The notes under the pieces: model-generated | What the model was told of the DNA's origin: nothing | Databases searched by the model: none | Seen by the model: the letters and a program-made list of their open reading frames with translations, nothing else | Shown: piece by piece, positions 8,752-18,200 of the stretch | Position numbering within the stretch: the stretch's first letter is position 1 | How the letters are laid out: each line of letters starts with the position of its first letter | Virus record (IMG/VR): IMGVR_UViG_3300005056_000001 | Location: 1-64,000 of that record | DNA from: a virus | DNA length: 64,000 nucleotides | Direction: 5' to 3' (one strand) | Program-made: the position numbers and the translations under genes

Positions 8752-8806
8752 AGTTATTGTTCTTTAATGACATAGTTATTGTTCTTTAATGACACGATTA
8801 CTGTTA
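8741..8806. repeat. 22-bp tandem repeat x3 (third unit degenerate)
   Basis: The unit tttaatgacatagttattgttc occurs at 8741-8762 and 8763-8784. A degenerate copy tttaatgacacgattactgtta occurs at 8785-8806. Confidence 0.8.
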
Positions 8807-9088
8807 CACGCAACCAATCTCAATGCGATTGGCAAGTTCAACGATAGAATCAATGGGCATAATCATCGGCAAATATACCGTACAATTGAAGCTGTCAATC
8901 TCGGTACCCTTTCGGTCGTCCAATATAAGAACAGCCCATCCTTTTGTGTTAAATAGATTTACGCTGTCGTTGAAGCGTTTTGTTTCGCCATCAAGATTTT
9001 TTGTACCAAGATTGGAATATAACACAAATGTTGCAATTGCTCCAAGGGCAAAGGTGAATTTTAAAACTGTTGTATAAGCACTTTTCAT
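8804..9088 (-). CDS. Hypothetical protein with N-terminal signal/anchor
   Basis: The N-terminus is hydrophobic (MKSAYTTVLKFTFALGAIATFVLYS). Confidence 0.5.
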   Translation of the reverse strand: MKSAYTTVLKFTFALGAIATFVLYSNLGTKNLDGETKRFNDSVNLFNTKGWAVLILDDRKGTEIDSFNCTVYLPMIMPIDSIVELANRIEIGCV

Positions 9089-9228
9089 GTTTTACTTTTT
9101 ATATGTGGTTAATTAATCATTATGACAAATGATTAGCATAACATAACGTTAAAAATGATGTTTAATATATTTACCAAACGACAAAGAATTTAGCAGGAGA
9201 ATAATTATCTCTCAAAGTAGAATGTATC

Positions 9229-9249
9229 GAAAAACCATTCGGGTTTTTC
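9229..9249 (-). terminator. Small hairpin terminator after 9306-9956
   Basis: Stem gaaaaacc / ggtttttc with a 5-nt loop. Confidence 0.4.
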
Positions 9250-9305
9250 ATAGATAATATGTTGTCTAAAATACCAACTATTGCCCCGAAAAGATAACAT
9301 CTTGT

Positions 9306-9956
9306 CTAATGCTCGTGATTATCGTCTTCGAAGTCGTGAGAAGCCTTTTGGGCCTGTTCGTGTTGGTTGCAATCATAATCGTTTTGGTCATAGCCAACAT
9401 AACGGGTGTAATTTAGCCTGTTGTATAGCATATATTTTTCGCTGTCTGAGCATTGTATCCTAGTGACGGTTATCTTTGTATTGTTTAATACTTTGCAAAG
9501 GTGTAGGGTATTGTTTTTCATCAATTCAAAGTCTTTTGAGTTTTTGATTGAGTCTAGCCATTCCATAACAACCAATGTGTCTGCCATTGCAGAAAGTCTG
9601 ATATGGTTCTTGTTTTGTATATTTTTTGGATTGACAACGCATAATTCATCTTTTTTGGCATCGTAAGAAAGTGAATACTTTTGCCAACCAATAGTACTCA
9701 AGGGATTGTTGCTTTGTGGACGGAATACATTTACCAATGCCGCCAATCTATAATACCCGTCTACAATTTTGTCGCCCGAGAAGCTGTCTCTTCTTAGTAC
9801 TATTGTGCCAATAGGCAGTCCACGCTTGATGGTGTCCAACAAGTCTTGGGTGAATGTGGAGGGTGGCAATTGTTTTTTTGATGCGGTTATGCGCTTTTCG
9901 CATATACGATTCAGTATATCAAAAAGGGATGTTTGTGTTGTTTCTGTTCTTGGCAT
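9306..9956 (-). CDS. ParB/Srx-fold (DUF262-like) domain protein
   Basis: LLDTIKRGLPIGTIVLRRDSFSGDKIVDGYYRLAALVNVF resembles the DUF262/ParB N-terminal block, with DGYYR in place of DGQQR/DGhHR. Confidence 0.5.
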   Translation of the reverse strand: MPRTETTQTSLFDILNRICEKRITASKKQLPPSTFTQDLLDTIKRGLPIGTIVLRRDSFSGDKIVDGYYRLAALVNVFRPQSNNPLSTIGWQKYSLSYDAKKDELCVVNPKNIQNKNHIRLSAMADTLVVMEWLDSIKNSKDFELMKNNTLHLCKVLNNTKITVTRIQCSDSEKYMLYNRLNYTRYVGYDQNDYDCNQHEQAQKASHDFEDDNHEH

Positions 9957-9995
9957 TGTGTTTTTGTTAATTGGTGATTGTGCAAAGTAATAAAA

Positions 9996-10028
9996 AAAAT
10001 CCGTCCAACGAAATGTTAGACGGATTTT
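9996..10028 (-). terminator. Intrinsic terminator
   Basis: Stem aaaatccgtc / gacggatttt with a 13-nt loop. It has the same AAAATCCGT stem base as the other terminators. Confidence 0.6.
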
Positions 10029-10038
10029 AAATTCTTTG

Positions 10039-10335
10039 TTATGAGTTTAAGTATGTACACTTGATATCAGCCATACGAGAAGCTGTTATAATCACAACTG
10101 TTCTACACCTAGTACACGTCTGTTTTTGTGTTCCTATATCATCAATATCTCCTTGGTAATGCATTTTACCCTTACACTTCACTTCTTTGTCAACTTCATT
10201 ATGTTGAAAAGCATGACTTCTTGGGTACTGTGTGTCTAAATAGTCCTGATACAAATTGTACACTATCGCAATTGCACCAAGACAAGCAAACGTTCGTATT
10301 GCCCAATGAGCAAATAAAATATCTAAAAATTCCAT
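10039..10335 (-). CDS. Hypothetical membrane protein
   Basis: N-terminal TM segment (WAIRTFACLGAIAIVYNLY). Confidence 0.5.
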   Translation of the reverse strand: MEFLDILFAHWAIRTFACLGAIAIVYNLYQDYLDTQYPRSHAFQHNEVDKEVKCKGKMHYQGDIDDIGTQKQTCTRCRTVVIITASRMADIKCTYLNS

Positions 10336-10429
10336 ATTATACAGTATTATCTAGTTAACAATTATTGATAACTTGTGTGCTAGAATTCGTTATAATCAAA
10401 AATCTCCACATCTAGCCACTCACGTTGTG

Positions 10430-10624
10430 CTATCCCGCCTCTCTCATCAAGTCGCAGATTGCGTTTGAGCTTCTCGTCAAGCCTCTCTTATAAGCCGATC
10501 GTTGCTCTTCTTTTACATGCGCATAGATTGCAGATCTAATGAGTTTTTGTTTCTCTTCGTCAGTTAGGTCTTGATTCTTTTTTAATCCGTTGATCGCTTC
10601 GATTTTTGCCATTAAATCATCCAT
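10430..10624 (-). CDS. Hypothetical small protein (ATG at 10624; the track start at 10687 is GTG)
   Basis: ORF track, with an internal ATG giving MDDLMAKIEAING... Confidence 0.4.
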   Translation of the reverse strand: MDDLMAKIEAINGLKKNQDLTDEEKQKLIRSAIYAHVKEEQRSAYKRGLTRSSNAICDLMREAG

Positions 10625-10723
10625 GTTATTATCTTTTTGTAGGTTATTATTGCGTTTTGTAAATTTTTTAAAACAATTCCTTATCACTAAAAATTCTGTT
10701 CTTAGTGCTTTCGGCTCCTTACC

Positions 10724-11023
10724 CTAGGAATTTCCTCTAGACTCCTTAGAAATCTTATTAAACATTTCTCGTCCCATATAGGCAGGAGAAAACTCTGCAT
10801 ATCTTTTTGTTTTATATGGCAACATGTGAGGCTTTCCCATCACACTAACAACCCCCTTTTCCTTGAAGAATGAAAGTGTAGCCTGTACGTCGTCGGGATG
10901 AACAACCACCAAAACACCTGCCTTGATAGAGCCTTTTCCTTGTATACACCTAAGTGTTTTTATTCCTAGACTTTTTAATCCTTGCTTCATTTCTTTGGCA
11001 TCTAATCTTAAAGGAGCTTTCAT
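10724..11023 (-). CDS. Hypothetical protein
   Basis: I chose the ATG at 11023 (MKAPLRLDAK...). The track N-terminus would overlap the promoter repeat. Confidence 0.5.
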   Translation of the reverse strand: MKAPLRLDAKEMKQGLKSLGIKTLRCIQGKGSIKAGVLVVVHPDDVQATLSFFKEKGVVSVMGKPHMLPYKTKRYAEFSPAYMGREMFNKISKESRGNS

Positions 11024-11045
11024 TTTTATATTTTTAAAGTGTGAC

Positions 11046-11088
11046 ACAAATCTACAACAAGTTTTACGATTACGCAAGTTTTACGTAA
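11046..11088 (-). promoter_or_regulatory. Promoter repeat, copy 1 (TAGATTTG box plus two CGTAAAACTTG direct repeats)
   Basis: The minus-sense sequence is TTACGTAAAACTTGCGTAATCGTAAAACTTGTTGTAGATTTGT. The box lies at 11047-11054. It is near-identical to 11434-11476. Confidence 0.5.
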
Positions 11089-11098
11089 GATTGATGTT

Positions 11099-11392
11099 TT
11101 AATAATCGGAATATGGAATATCGAAAGACGATGCTAACACGTTAGGTGTAAAGTAAGGGCTTTGTTTTGTTGCCTCAATTACTCTAGTTCGTGTTAGAGT
11201 CACCTTTCCTTTTACAACCTTCATGGATTCAATTTCTTCAGCATCGTAAGTCGCCAATGATTCCATCATAACCCCGTTTTCGGTAACCTCAAGAACGGTT
11301 TCGATTATCTTCTTGTCGGCAAAAATACACCAATAAGAAAGTATTGTACCTTTTATTGCCTCAATTGTCGTGTTGCCTACTTTGGTTTCCAT
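11099..11392 (-). CDS. Hypothetical protein
   Basis: ATG at 11392 (METKVGNTTIEAIKG...). The track start at 11437 is TTG and lies inside the promoter repeat. Confidence 0.5.
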   Translation of the reverse strand: METKVGNTTIEAIKGTILSYWCIFADKKIIETVLEVTENGVMMESLATYDAEEIESMKVVKGKVTLTRTRVIEATKQSPYFTPNVLASSFDIPYSDY

Positions 11393-11433
11393 ATTGCCTA
11401 CTTTAATTTGTTTACGTTTGATTACTTGTTGAT

Positions 11434-11476
11434 ACAAATCTACAACAAGTTTTTTAATTACGCAAGTTTTACGTAA
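11434..11476 (-). promoter_or_regulatory. Promoter repeat, copy 2
   Basis: Same 43-bp element as 11046-11088, differing only in a 3-nt spacer. TAGATTTG box at 11435-11442. Confidence 0.5.
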
Positions 11477-11521
11477 TTTATATTTGTTTTATTTAAAACT
11501 TTCTTCAAAAACAACAAAAAT

Positions 11522-11550
11522 CCGCCACTCCGAGTGTGTAGGAGTGGCGG
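11522..11550 (-). terminator. GC-rich intrinsic terminator
   Basis: Stem ccgccactcc / ggagtggcgg with a 9-nt loop, followed by a T-run in the minus sense. Confidence 0.7.
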
Positions 11551-11626
11551 CTTAAAATGTCGTGTGTTATACTGTCGTGTTTATGATTGGTGCTATCGTA
11601 CCTCTTCGTATAGTATACCATACGCC

Positions 11627-11923
11627 TTAAAAATTCATCTTTATACCATACGTCTTGTACAGACTGTCTATTGTATAAATACCGATCACAGGCGGTTTGT
11701 CGGGGTATTCGGCAATGGCATGGTATTCGTTCTTTTGTTCACCATCCTTCTTGTATGTCAATTTTCGAACCAAGAGTATTATGTCTTCATTACTGAATTG
11801 TATATAATTTCTACACTTCACGTCTTCCGAAAAACCCCCGAACGACTCGACGGTGTCCTTAATATAAACACATTCAAACTTCATTGGCTTGGGGTTGATA
11901 CGTGTAATCATTTGAAATGGCAT
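11627..11923 (-). CDS. Hypothetical protein (ATG at 11923)
   Basis: ORF track. The track start is GTG and overlaps the upstream gene. The ATG at 11923 leaves an 11-nt gap. Confidence 0.5.
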   Translation of the reverse strand: MPFQMITRINPKPMKFECVYIKDTVESFGGFSEDVKCRNYIQFSNEDIILLVRKLTYKKDGEQKNEYHAIAEYPDKPPVIGIYTIDSLYKTYGIKMNF

Positions 11924-11934
11924 ATCGTCTGTTT

Positions 11935-12561
11935 TTAAACATCCCAAGAATAAACCTTGGGACACAATTCTTTAATCTTTTTATAGGCAGCCAAAAATTC
12001 TTCGGTTTGGTATTTGTCCATGGGCATGATCTTCTGTATATAGGACAAGACTGCATTATAACCACCGCCTTTGTTAAATTCGACAAGCACAGGAACAGCC
12101 CATTCACAATCCAAAACATCAAATCCGACCACACAACATGATGCCTCAAAAAACAAATCATTGGCATTAAGATATAATGAGGTTGTCGACTCGACCAAGT
12201 CCTTGTATGGGTTGTCATTGCTCTCCCAATCAATAGCTTCTTCTGAAGAAGTCTCGTTTGGTGGATATTTTTGACTAATAAAAGGCATAGAAGGGAATAG
12301 CCGTTTATTTAGTTCTAAAAACCTGTCCCCATTGGACATAAAATTTCTGTCTTTATCTTCTTCATATGGACACACAAATGTTAGTGGTTCGTCTAGCAGA
12401 TTATTACCCCTAGAAAAGAAGGTCTCGATCCATAGGTGTGAAAATCTATCCTTATCCTCTTCCCAATTTCCCGTCATTTTATAGACACCCTCGATCTCGT
12501 CACTTTCTAAATGTTTGTCATACGTACTCTTTATAAGAGATTTGTAGCAGAATCCTATCAT
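11935..12561 (-). CDS. Hypothetical protein
   Basis: ORF track. Confidence 0.6.
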   Translation of the reverse strand: MIGFCYKSLIKSTYDKHLESDEIEGVYKMTGNWEEDKDRFSHLWIETFFSRGNNLLDEPLTFVCPYEEDKDRNFMSNGDRFLELNKRLFPSMPFISQKYPPNETSSEEAIDWESNDNPYKDLVESTTSLYLNANDLFFEASCCVVGFDVLDCEWAVPVLVEFNKGGGYNAVLSYIQKIMPMDKYQTEEFLAAYKKIKELCPKVYSWDV

Positions 12562-12573
12562 TTTTTATCATTT

Positions 12574-12930
12574 TTAACTTGCAAAATCAATGGCAACTAT
12601 TTTGTTATTGAGCATACCAAAGGAGTCCATTTTTTCTTCTATCGGAAATTTATATTGATTGTTGTCACCAAACTTTATAAAATTGTCATAATCGAAGGCG
12701 AACCAATCTTTTCTTGTTATCTCGTCACATCGTGGACATATATTCAGAAAACCTCCCCACACAGAAAAATAGATCGGACAAAGCTTGGATGTGTTGTCAC
12801 CTCCTGTCCATTCCTTTTCTGACATATTACCAAGCAGACCCAACAAAAACCCTTTCCATGAGCCTAGTATCGGGAACTTGAAGGCCAATCTTTTTGTCAA
12901 AACAACACACCTACTATGTCCGCACCTCAT
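12574..12930 (-). CDS. Hypothetical protein with faint protein-kinase-like motifs
   Basis: The ATG at 12930 overlaps the upstream stop as ATGA. LAFKFP (VAIK-like), NMSEKEW and KMDSFGMLNNKIVAIDFAS (D..N...DFG-like) are seen, but the protein is too short for a full kinase fold. Confidence 0.5.
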   Translation of the reverse strand: MRCGHSRCVVLTKRLAFKFPILGSWKGFLLGLLGNMSEKEWTGGDNTSKLCPIYFSVWGGFLNICPRCDEITRKDWFAFDYDNFIKFGDNNQYKFPIEEKMDSFGMLNNKIVAIDFAS

Positions 12931-13247
12931 GGTCGGTCTATATCTATAACCTCCCAATCTGTGGCATCATGGTCTTTGGTGAATATACCCACATCTTTTT
13001 TTGGACTAACCCATACATCATTGTTGGTTTTTATGTCAACATTGTCTTTTGTGGAAAATAGTCTCCAACGGGTGTATAATACACTTTCACTTGTGCCAAA
13101 ATCAAACATTTTAAACTTGCGTGTGTCGTTTTTTCGTTGGACTATTTTGCCGTCTTTCATTTCTTGCTTTGCCCAATTCCATGAACCCCTAAGCGAATAT
13201 CGTATGACAATCCAATCACGGACTGAAACAACTATTTTCTTAATCAT
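12927..13247 (-). CDS. DUF2829 (Tad2-like) family protein, paralogue 1
   Basis: LRGSWNWAKQEMKDGKIVQRK and the C-terminal TDWEVIDI match the DUF2829 pattern ([FW]xxAxxxMxxGxxVxR ... DWxV). Confidence 0.6.
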   Translation of the reverse strand: MIKKIVVSVRDWIVIRYSLRGSWNWAKQEMKDGKIVQRKNDTRKFKMFDFGTSESVLYTRWRLFSTKDNVDIKTNNDVWVSPKKDVGIFTKDHDATDWEVIDIDRP

Positions 13248-13534
13248 GTCTCACATTTTGGGTGTATCGGAAGATGTCTCCACCAATAAACATAATAATA
13301 ATCAATGTTGGACTCCAATAGCTCACCCTCTTGATTAATCCATGCCTCATTCGATTCGCTATCTGTATAAATCACAGAAGTTGGTAGTTCGCCAATATCG
13401 TAGTATTCGAAAACATCTTCTATCGTTGCTATTGTGGTGTTAAATTTACCGAACGTTGATTTTTTATATAAAACCAACACTTCAACTCCCTTTTTTGGAA
13501 GATTATCCTTTGTTTTTCTTATCCATTCTTTCAT
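13244..13534 (-). CDS. DUF551-like protein
   Basis: ATG at 13534 (MKEWIRKTKDNLPKKGVEVLVLY...WRHLPIHP). There is an ATGA overlap at its 3' end. Confidence 0.55.
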   Translation of the reverse strand: MKEWIRKTKDNLPKKGVEVLVLYKKSTFGKFNTTIATIEDVFEYYDIGELPTSVIYTDSESNEAWINQEGELLESNIDYYYVYWWRHLPIHPKCET

Positions 13535-13535
13535 A

Positions 13536-13814
13536 TCAATAAAATTGTGGCAGGTTATTATCCCACTCAAAAACCTCCCAATCGGTTCTTTTGAGGGTCT
13601 TTAAAAATATATTGGAACTGCTCCAATTGGAGTCCTCCTTGTTGTCGGAAAAGTCCCACACAATTCTTTGGTTTTGTGGGTTGTCAAGTTTATACTTTAT
13701 GGTACCCAAGGCAGAGGCGGGTCGAACAATCCGACCTGCCTCCATCTGTCTAAGTGCCCACTTCCATGTGCCTCTTAATCCAAGTGTGTTTGATATAGTA
13801 TTTTTAATTGACAT
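13536..13814 (-). CDS. DUF2829 (Tad2-like) family protein, paralogue 2
   Basis: LRGTWKWALRQMEAGRIVRP and the C-terminal TDWEVFEW. Confidence 0.6.
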   Translation of the reverse strand: MSIKNTISNTLGLRGTWKWALRQMEAGRIVRPASALGTIKYKLDNPQNQRIVWDFSDNKEDSNWSSSNIFLKTLKRTDWEVFEWDNNLPQFY

Positions 13815-13866
13815 TGATTGTATGGCTGTGTTTTATGCGTCCAATTTGTGTTTATTCGCATCCTCC

Positions 13867-14100
13867 CTAGTCTTGCAATGTGGATTGAGGCATGTCATCC
13901 TGAAGCTCGGACAATGCCTCAATCAATTCCGACAAACTTTCTCGGGTCAAGTAAAGAGATGCAACCTTTCGATTCGATCGTTCTTGAGTTTTTTCGGTTA
14001 TCGTTAAAATGATTGGCAACGGCCCACTCTTCTCCTCCACACACAGGGTGTTTTCAATAGTTCCAACATTGTCGAATGAGAATTTTGTTTCTTTTTTCAT
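13867..14100 (-). CDS. Hypothetical protein
   Basis: ORF track. Confidence 0.5.
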   Translation of the reverse strand: MKKETKFSFDNVGTIENTLCVEEKSGPLPIILTITEKTQERSNRKVASLYLTRESLSELIEALSELQDDMPQSTLQD

Positions 14101-14110
14101 TGTGTTATTA

Positions 14111-14596
14111 TTAATTATGTTTATTGTTGACTGTAATTATTTCTCCTAACTCTTCACTGTAGTGTAGATTGTTGACCAAAAGTAACTTTGACAAGAACTC
14201 GTCAAAGTCGTCGGTAATAATCAAACTAATTGTATCTTTTATGCCTATAAACAGATCAATCTCTCTGTTTGGTTTATCTATGTACCCTGCTCCGATGATA
14301 GCTCCGCACTGTAAAAGAAAGAGTGTTCTTGTGGGTGCCCTTGGATATTCCTTGTCAGTTGTATAGTTGTCCCCACACTTGGCATCTTTTCGGCATTCGA
14401 CTAACCCCCTCAGTAGCACACATATTTGCATGAACTCTGTATGATTAAGTGTAATAACTAGTTCGATTGGTGTGTCTTTGCTCCCCTCTTTTCGGGTTTC
14501 ATTAGACCTTACTCCTACTTGCACACATCTACCGTTTTTTAGTGGGTACATCGTGACCGTTACGGGCTCTGTTTCGAATATCGTTTTAATTATCAT
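14111..14596 (-). CDS. Hypothetical protein
   Basis: ORF track. Confidence 0.6.
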   Translation of the reverse strand: MIIKTIFETEPVTVTMYPLKNGRCVQVGVRSNETRKEGSKDTPIELVITLNHTEFMQICVLLRGLVECRKDAKCGDNYTTDKEYPRAPTRTLFLLQCGAIIGAGYIDKPNREIDLFIGIKDTISLIITDDFDEFLSKLLLVNNLHYSEELGEIITVNNKHN

Positions 14597-14619
14597 ATAT
14601 AATTATTGTTTTATTTTGT

Positions 14620-14901
14620 TTACTCCTCAAATTTCCATGTTCTCCAATCATCGGGTAATACCGTGCCCCTAGTAAAAATAATAATCGGAGTTTCTGTACC
14701 GTCACGGTTTTTAATGCTTTGAATATTCTTACCTTCCTCAAAACGAACGTCTCCGTATGTTTTGAGGGCCTTTAGTATGGCATCTTTGGTGAAATGTAAT
14801 GAGGTATTGATATTATGCACCTCCATACTCTCCTTTAAAATCTCTTCTCTTATCTTTTTTTCCAATTCCTCGGCTGTGCGGTTTTTAATCTTGTTTTTCA
14901 T
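14620..14901 (-). CDS. Hypothetical protein, tandem paralogue B
   Basis: ATG at 14901. ELEKKIREEILKESMEVHNINTSLHFTKDAILKALKT is near-identical to a segment of 14922-15242. Confidence 0.55.
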   Translation of the reverse strand: MKNKIKNRTAEELEKKIREEILKESMEVHNINTSLHFTKDAILKALKTYGDVRFEEGKNIQSIKNRDGTETPIIIFTRGTVLPDDWRTWKFEE

Positions 14902-14921
14902 GTGTCCTGTTTTTGTTTGGT

Positions 14922-15242
14922 TTATTCGCAATCCACATCTCCAAATTCTTCGATTCTTATACCCGACGGAGACACATAATCAAAATATACGTCAAGGGGA
15001 GTATTCGGGCCTTCAATAGGTACAATACTGTGTAGCACACCCTCAACAGAAATGTTACGGTTGAGGGTGGTGGTCTTCCCATCAACGATTGTTTTCAGGG
15101 CCTTTAGTATGTCGTCTTTGGTGAAATGTAATGAGTCGTTGATATTATGACCATCCATACCCTCCTTTAAAATCGCTTCTCTTATCTTTTTTTCTAGTTC
15201 AGCGCACATCTTCAATTTGAGTTCCTTTGTCGTTTTGTCCAT
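14922..15242 (-). CDS. Hypothetical protein, tandem paralogue A
   Basis: ELEKKIREAILKEGMDGHNINDSLHFTKDDILKALKT. The DNA at 15095-15215 closely matches 14761-14880. Confidence 0.55.
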   Translation of the reverse strand: MDKTTKELKLKMCAELEKKIREAILKEGMDGHNINDSLHFTKDDILKALKTIVDGKTTTLNRNISVEGVLHSIVPIEGPNTPLDVYFDYVSPSGIRIEEFGDVDCE

Positions 15243-15290
15243 CGTATGTTATTATTAAAAAAAGAGTTTCCATTCAAGAACCTAACGCCA

Positions 15291-18200
15291 TTAAATCAGG
15301 TATTTCTCAAATTCGTAGAACTTCATATTGTCGTTTCCGTAAGTCTTGACAATGTTGTCCATAATGTGTCGGTAATCGCTTGGCAATATCCTAAGCCTGA
15401 CATCACGCTCCTTTGTGTGTGGATTGGTCTTGATTATGAAGAATGTTTTTAGGTTTTCTTCCACACGGTTTTCCAAACGACTTCTGTTGTAGTCGGATAT
15501 CGTGGAAATGCCCTTGACATCATTGTTCATGAGTACCATCGTGGCTAGTTTATAGACAGACATTTTTAGCTTTGCGTATGTGTCTTCTGATATGACATAA
15601 TTGATTTTTGTAAGTGACTCATATGCCTCGAACATTTTCTTTTTGGTGTCCTCGGCAATCCCAATTGTTGATTGGGTATTTGGTTTTGTGTTGTTTGATA
15701 GGTGGAGTGTGATGTCCTTTATCATCTTCTTGCGAATTTTATTTTCTGCACTTTCGAGTGTTTCTATATGACTGCTCATACGTTTTCCTCTTTTTGCCAA
15801 TGCCAATCTTTCTAGCTGTTGAACAACCATAATATAATTGTCCAATATGTCATAGTTCCTGAAGTCGATCAGGTTACTGAACCTTTCTAGTTCGGCAATC
15901 ACCAACCCGTCGGATTTTTCGTTCATACACATGTCAACCAAAATGGAAAAGTTTTTTGGGTTATAGGCATACTGTTTGGCAATGGGCAATAATTTGCTTG
16001 TAATGTTCTTTAGTCGCTTGTGATGTTTCTCGGGATACTCTATAAGCAAGGTCGCACCGTCTCCTTGGTTTATGGTGATTTTATTGTTGTTGCTTGGTAC
16101 CATTTCGGTTTTGCAGGAGCTAATAAAGGACTCAATGTCTTTTGGCTTGGTGGTCTTCAGGAACTCATGAATCTCCTTGGCAACATCCACAGAAAACTTC
16201 TTACGCTCCTCTGAATTCTCGGAACGGCTTTGTTCGATTGCGCCAACAATATGCGGCTCGTCAATATCAATATACGTGGTATTAACACTATTATAATTAT
16301 AGTGTTTTTTAAACATATTGGCAATATATCTAATGTTGGTACCAAGTCGGTTATATTGCTGCTCGGCAATATATCTAAGTACCATTAAATTGTCTTGGAC
16401 AACCTTAATCTCTCCCATGTAGTCTTCATATGTGTAGGTAAACCTTTTGCTAAGGTCTGCCCAAATCGCAATTTTTTGTTGCTCGGTTATTTTTTCGTCA
16501 TTTAACGAAATGTAATGATTGAAATATGCCACACACTTGTCGTCGCTGATTCGGGCCCGCATTTCTCCGTCAATAACCTTGTGTATGCCCTTTAGGAAGC
16601 GATAATCAAGATTGTTGTTATAGTCTCGTTTTAGCTCATAGTATTTCTTTTTATTTTTTTCGGTTTCGTTGTAAACAGAACGGATAAGCGATGTGTTGAT
16701 ATTTTGCTTTCTAAGGCGGTTTCCGAATTGCTCAAGTGTTTGTGCACTATATTTTGCAAAGGTCGAAATAACCTCAATATCTTTGTCCTCCGACAAGTTT
16801 TTAATATCCACACCAACAGACAAGTACACACTACAAAATAAAACCTTGATGTCATTAGGAATCACGGATTGACCGTTGATTGCCTTGGATGTCACACTGT
16901 CCTTGGTGGCCCTTTTGTAGTAATGCCAATCATCTTTTGTCAACGGGTCGCTGTCCATGTGTTCAAGATGGGCATTAATACCCATAACAATTTCCTCGGC
17001 CCGAAAAGATCCCTCGTCTGTTGGACAAATAACGGTTCGATTCTCGATCATGGCCGTGGCAATCTTTTTACACAACAATGTTTTACAGTCCTTGCTAGAA
17101 TTTGTAAGGATGATATTCATATTCTTTTGTGATTGATGCGGAATCTCCAATTTAATATTCCTGACCTCGATTTTTTTACCGCCGTGCTTGACATCCTTTT
17201 CACACATACGAAAAAGGTTGACCTCATAAATATGGGTGCCCGTCATTCCTATAATGAATGGCACTCTTTCGTATGGGTTTTCTTCTTTGTATTGCAACAC
17301 CTCACGAATTCTTTTCAGGGCCATAGTACAGACCGAGTCGGCATCTGCACTACGAATTGTTTCGGTTGCCAATATGTGAATCTCGTCAATTGCAACATAA
17401 TCATAATTTAGCAACAATTCAACATCCATTCTTGAGAACTTATCAAAAGTCACAACAGACGATGTGCCCACCTTAAAGGCTTCCATCATTTCTTTGTTGT
17501 TCTTTGAGCCCGAAAACGGTTTGAATGCCTGTATTGCAGCCACCCAATCCTCTTTTTCTGAGGGGTGCAAATTTTTGTTGTTCATTATTATGTCAATCTC
17601 CCTGTTTTGGGCCTCCATACCAAACTTGGAGTCCATTGGTGCCGTGTAGGGCATAACCAATAAAACCCGTTTGCTGTGCTTTGTTGCCAACTCGGTGAAA
17701 TATGTCGTCTTGCCTGCCCCTGCACGGGCATTGATGTAATTAAAACAGCGTGTGTCAAGAAACTTTTCTAGCAATGGTGCATAGTCACTCATGTAGAATC
17801 CACCCCCAATATCTTCGGGAACAATTTCAATGTCCATATTCATCGGATTTTTGTCTATGAGCAATTGACATGCATTTTTGTAGTTCAAAAATTTGAAATC
17901 GCTGTCGGTAACAACCTTGTCGTTTTGTAATGACAGCACGCTCGCAACCAATTTGGCAACTTTTCCGACTTTTGGGTCAGTACTTTCCATCTGTTTATAG
18001 TACTGTTGTTTAAAATTGGGCAAACCTTCCTTTGTCAGAGTTTGCTCCATTCTTCGAATATACAAACCGCTACTTTTGAACATTTCTATACCCACCTTTC
18101 TGTGTATAGAAGATTTGGTCAGGTAGGTATTTCTCCATGGACACTCGCCGTCATCAAATAGGTGTTCTTCCCATTCATGCGAGTCGTGGTGCGATTTCTT

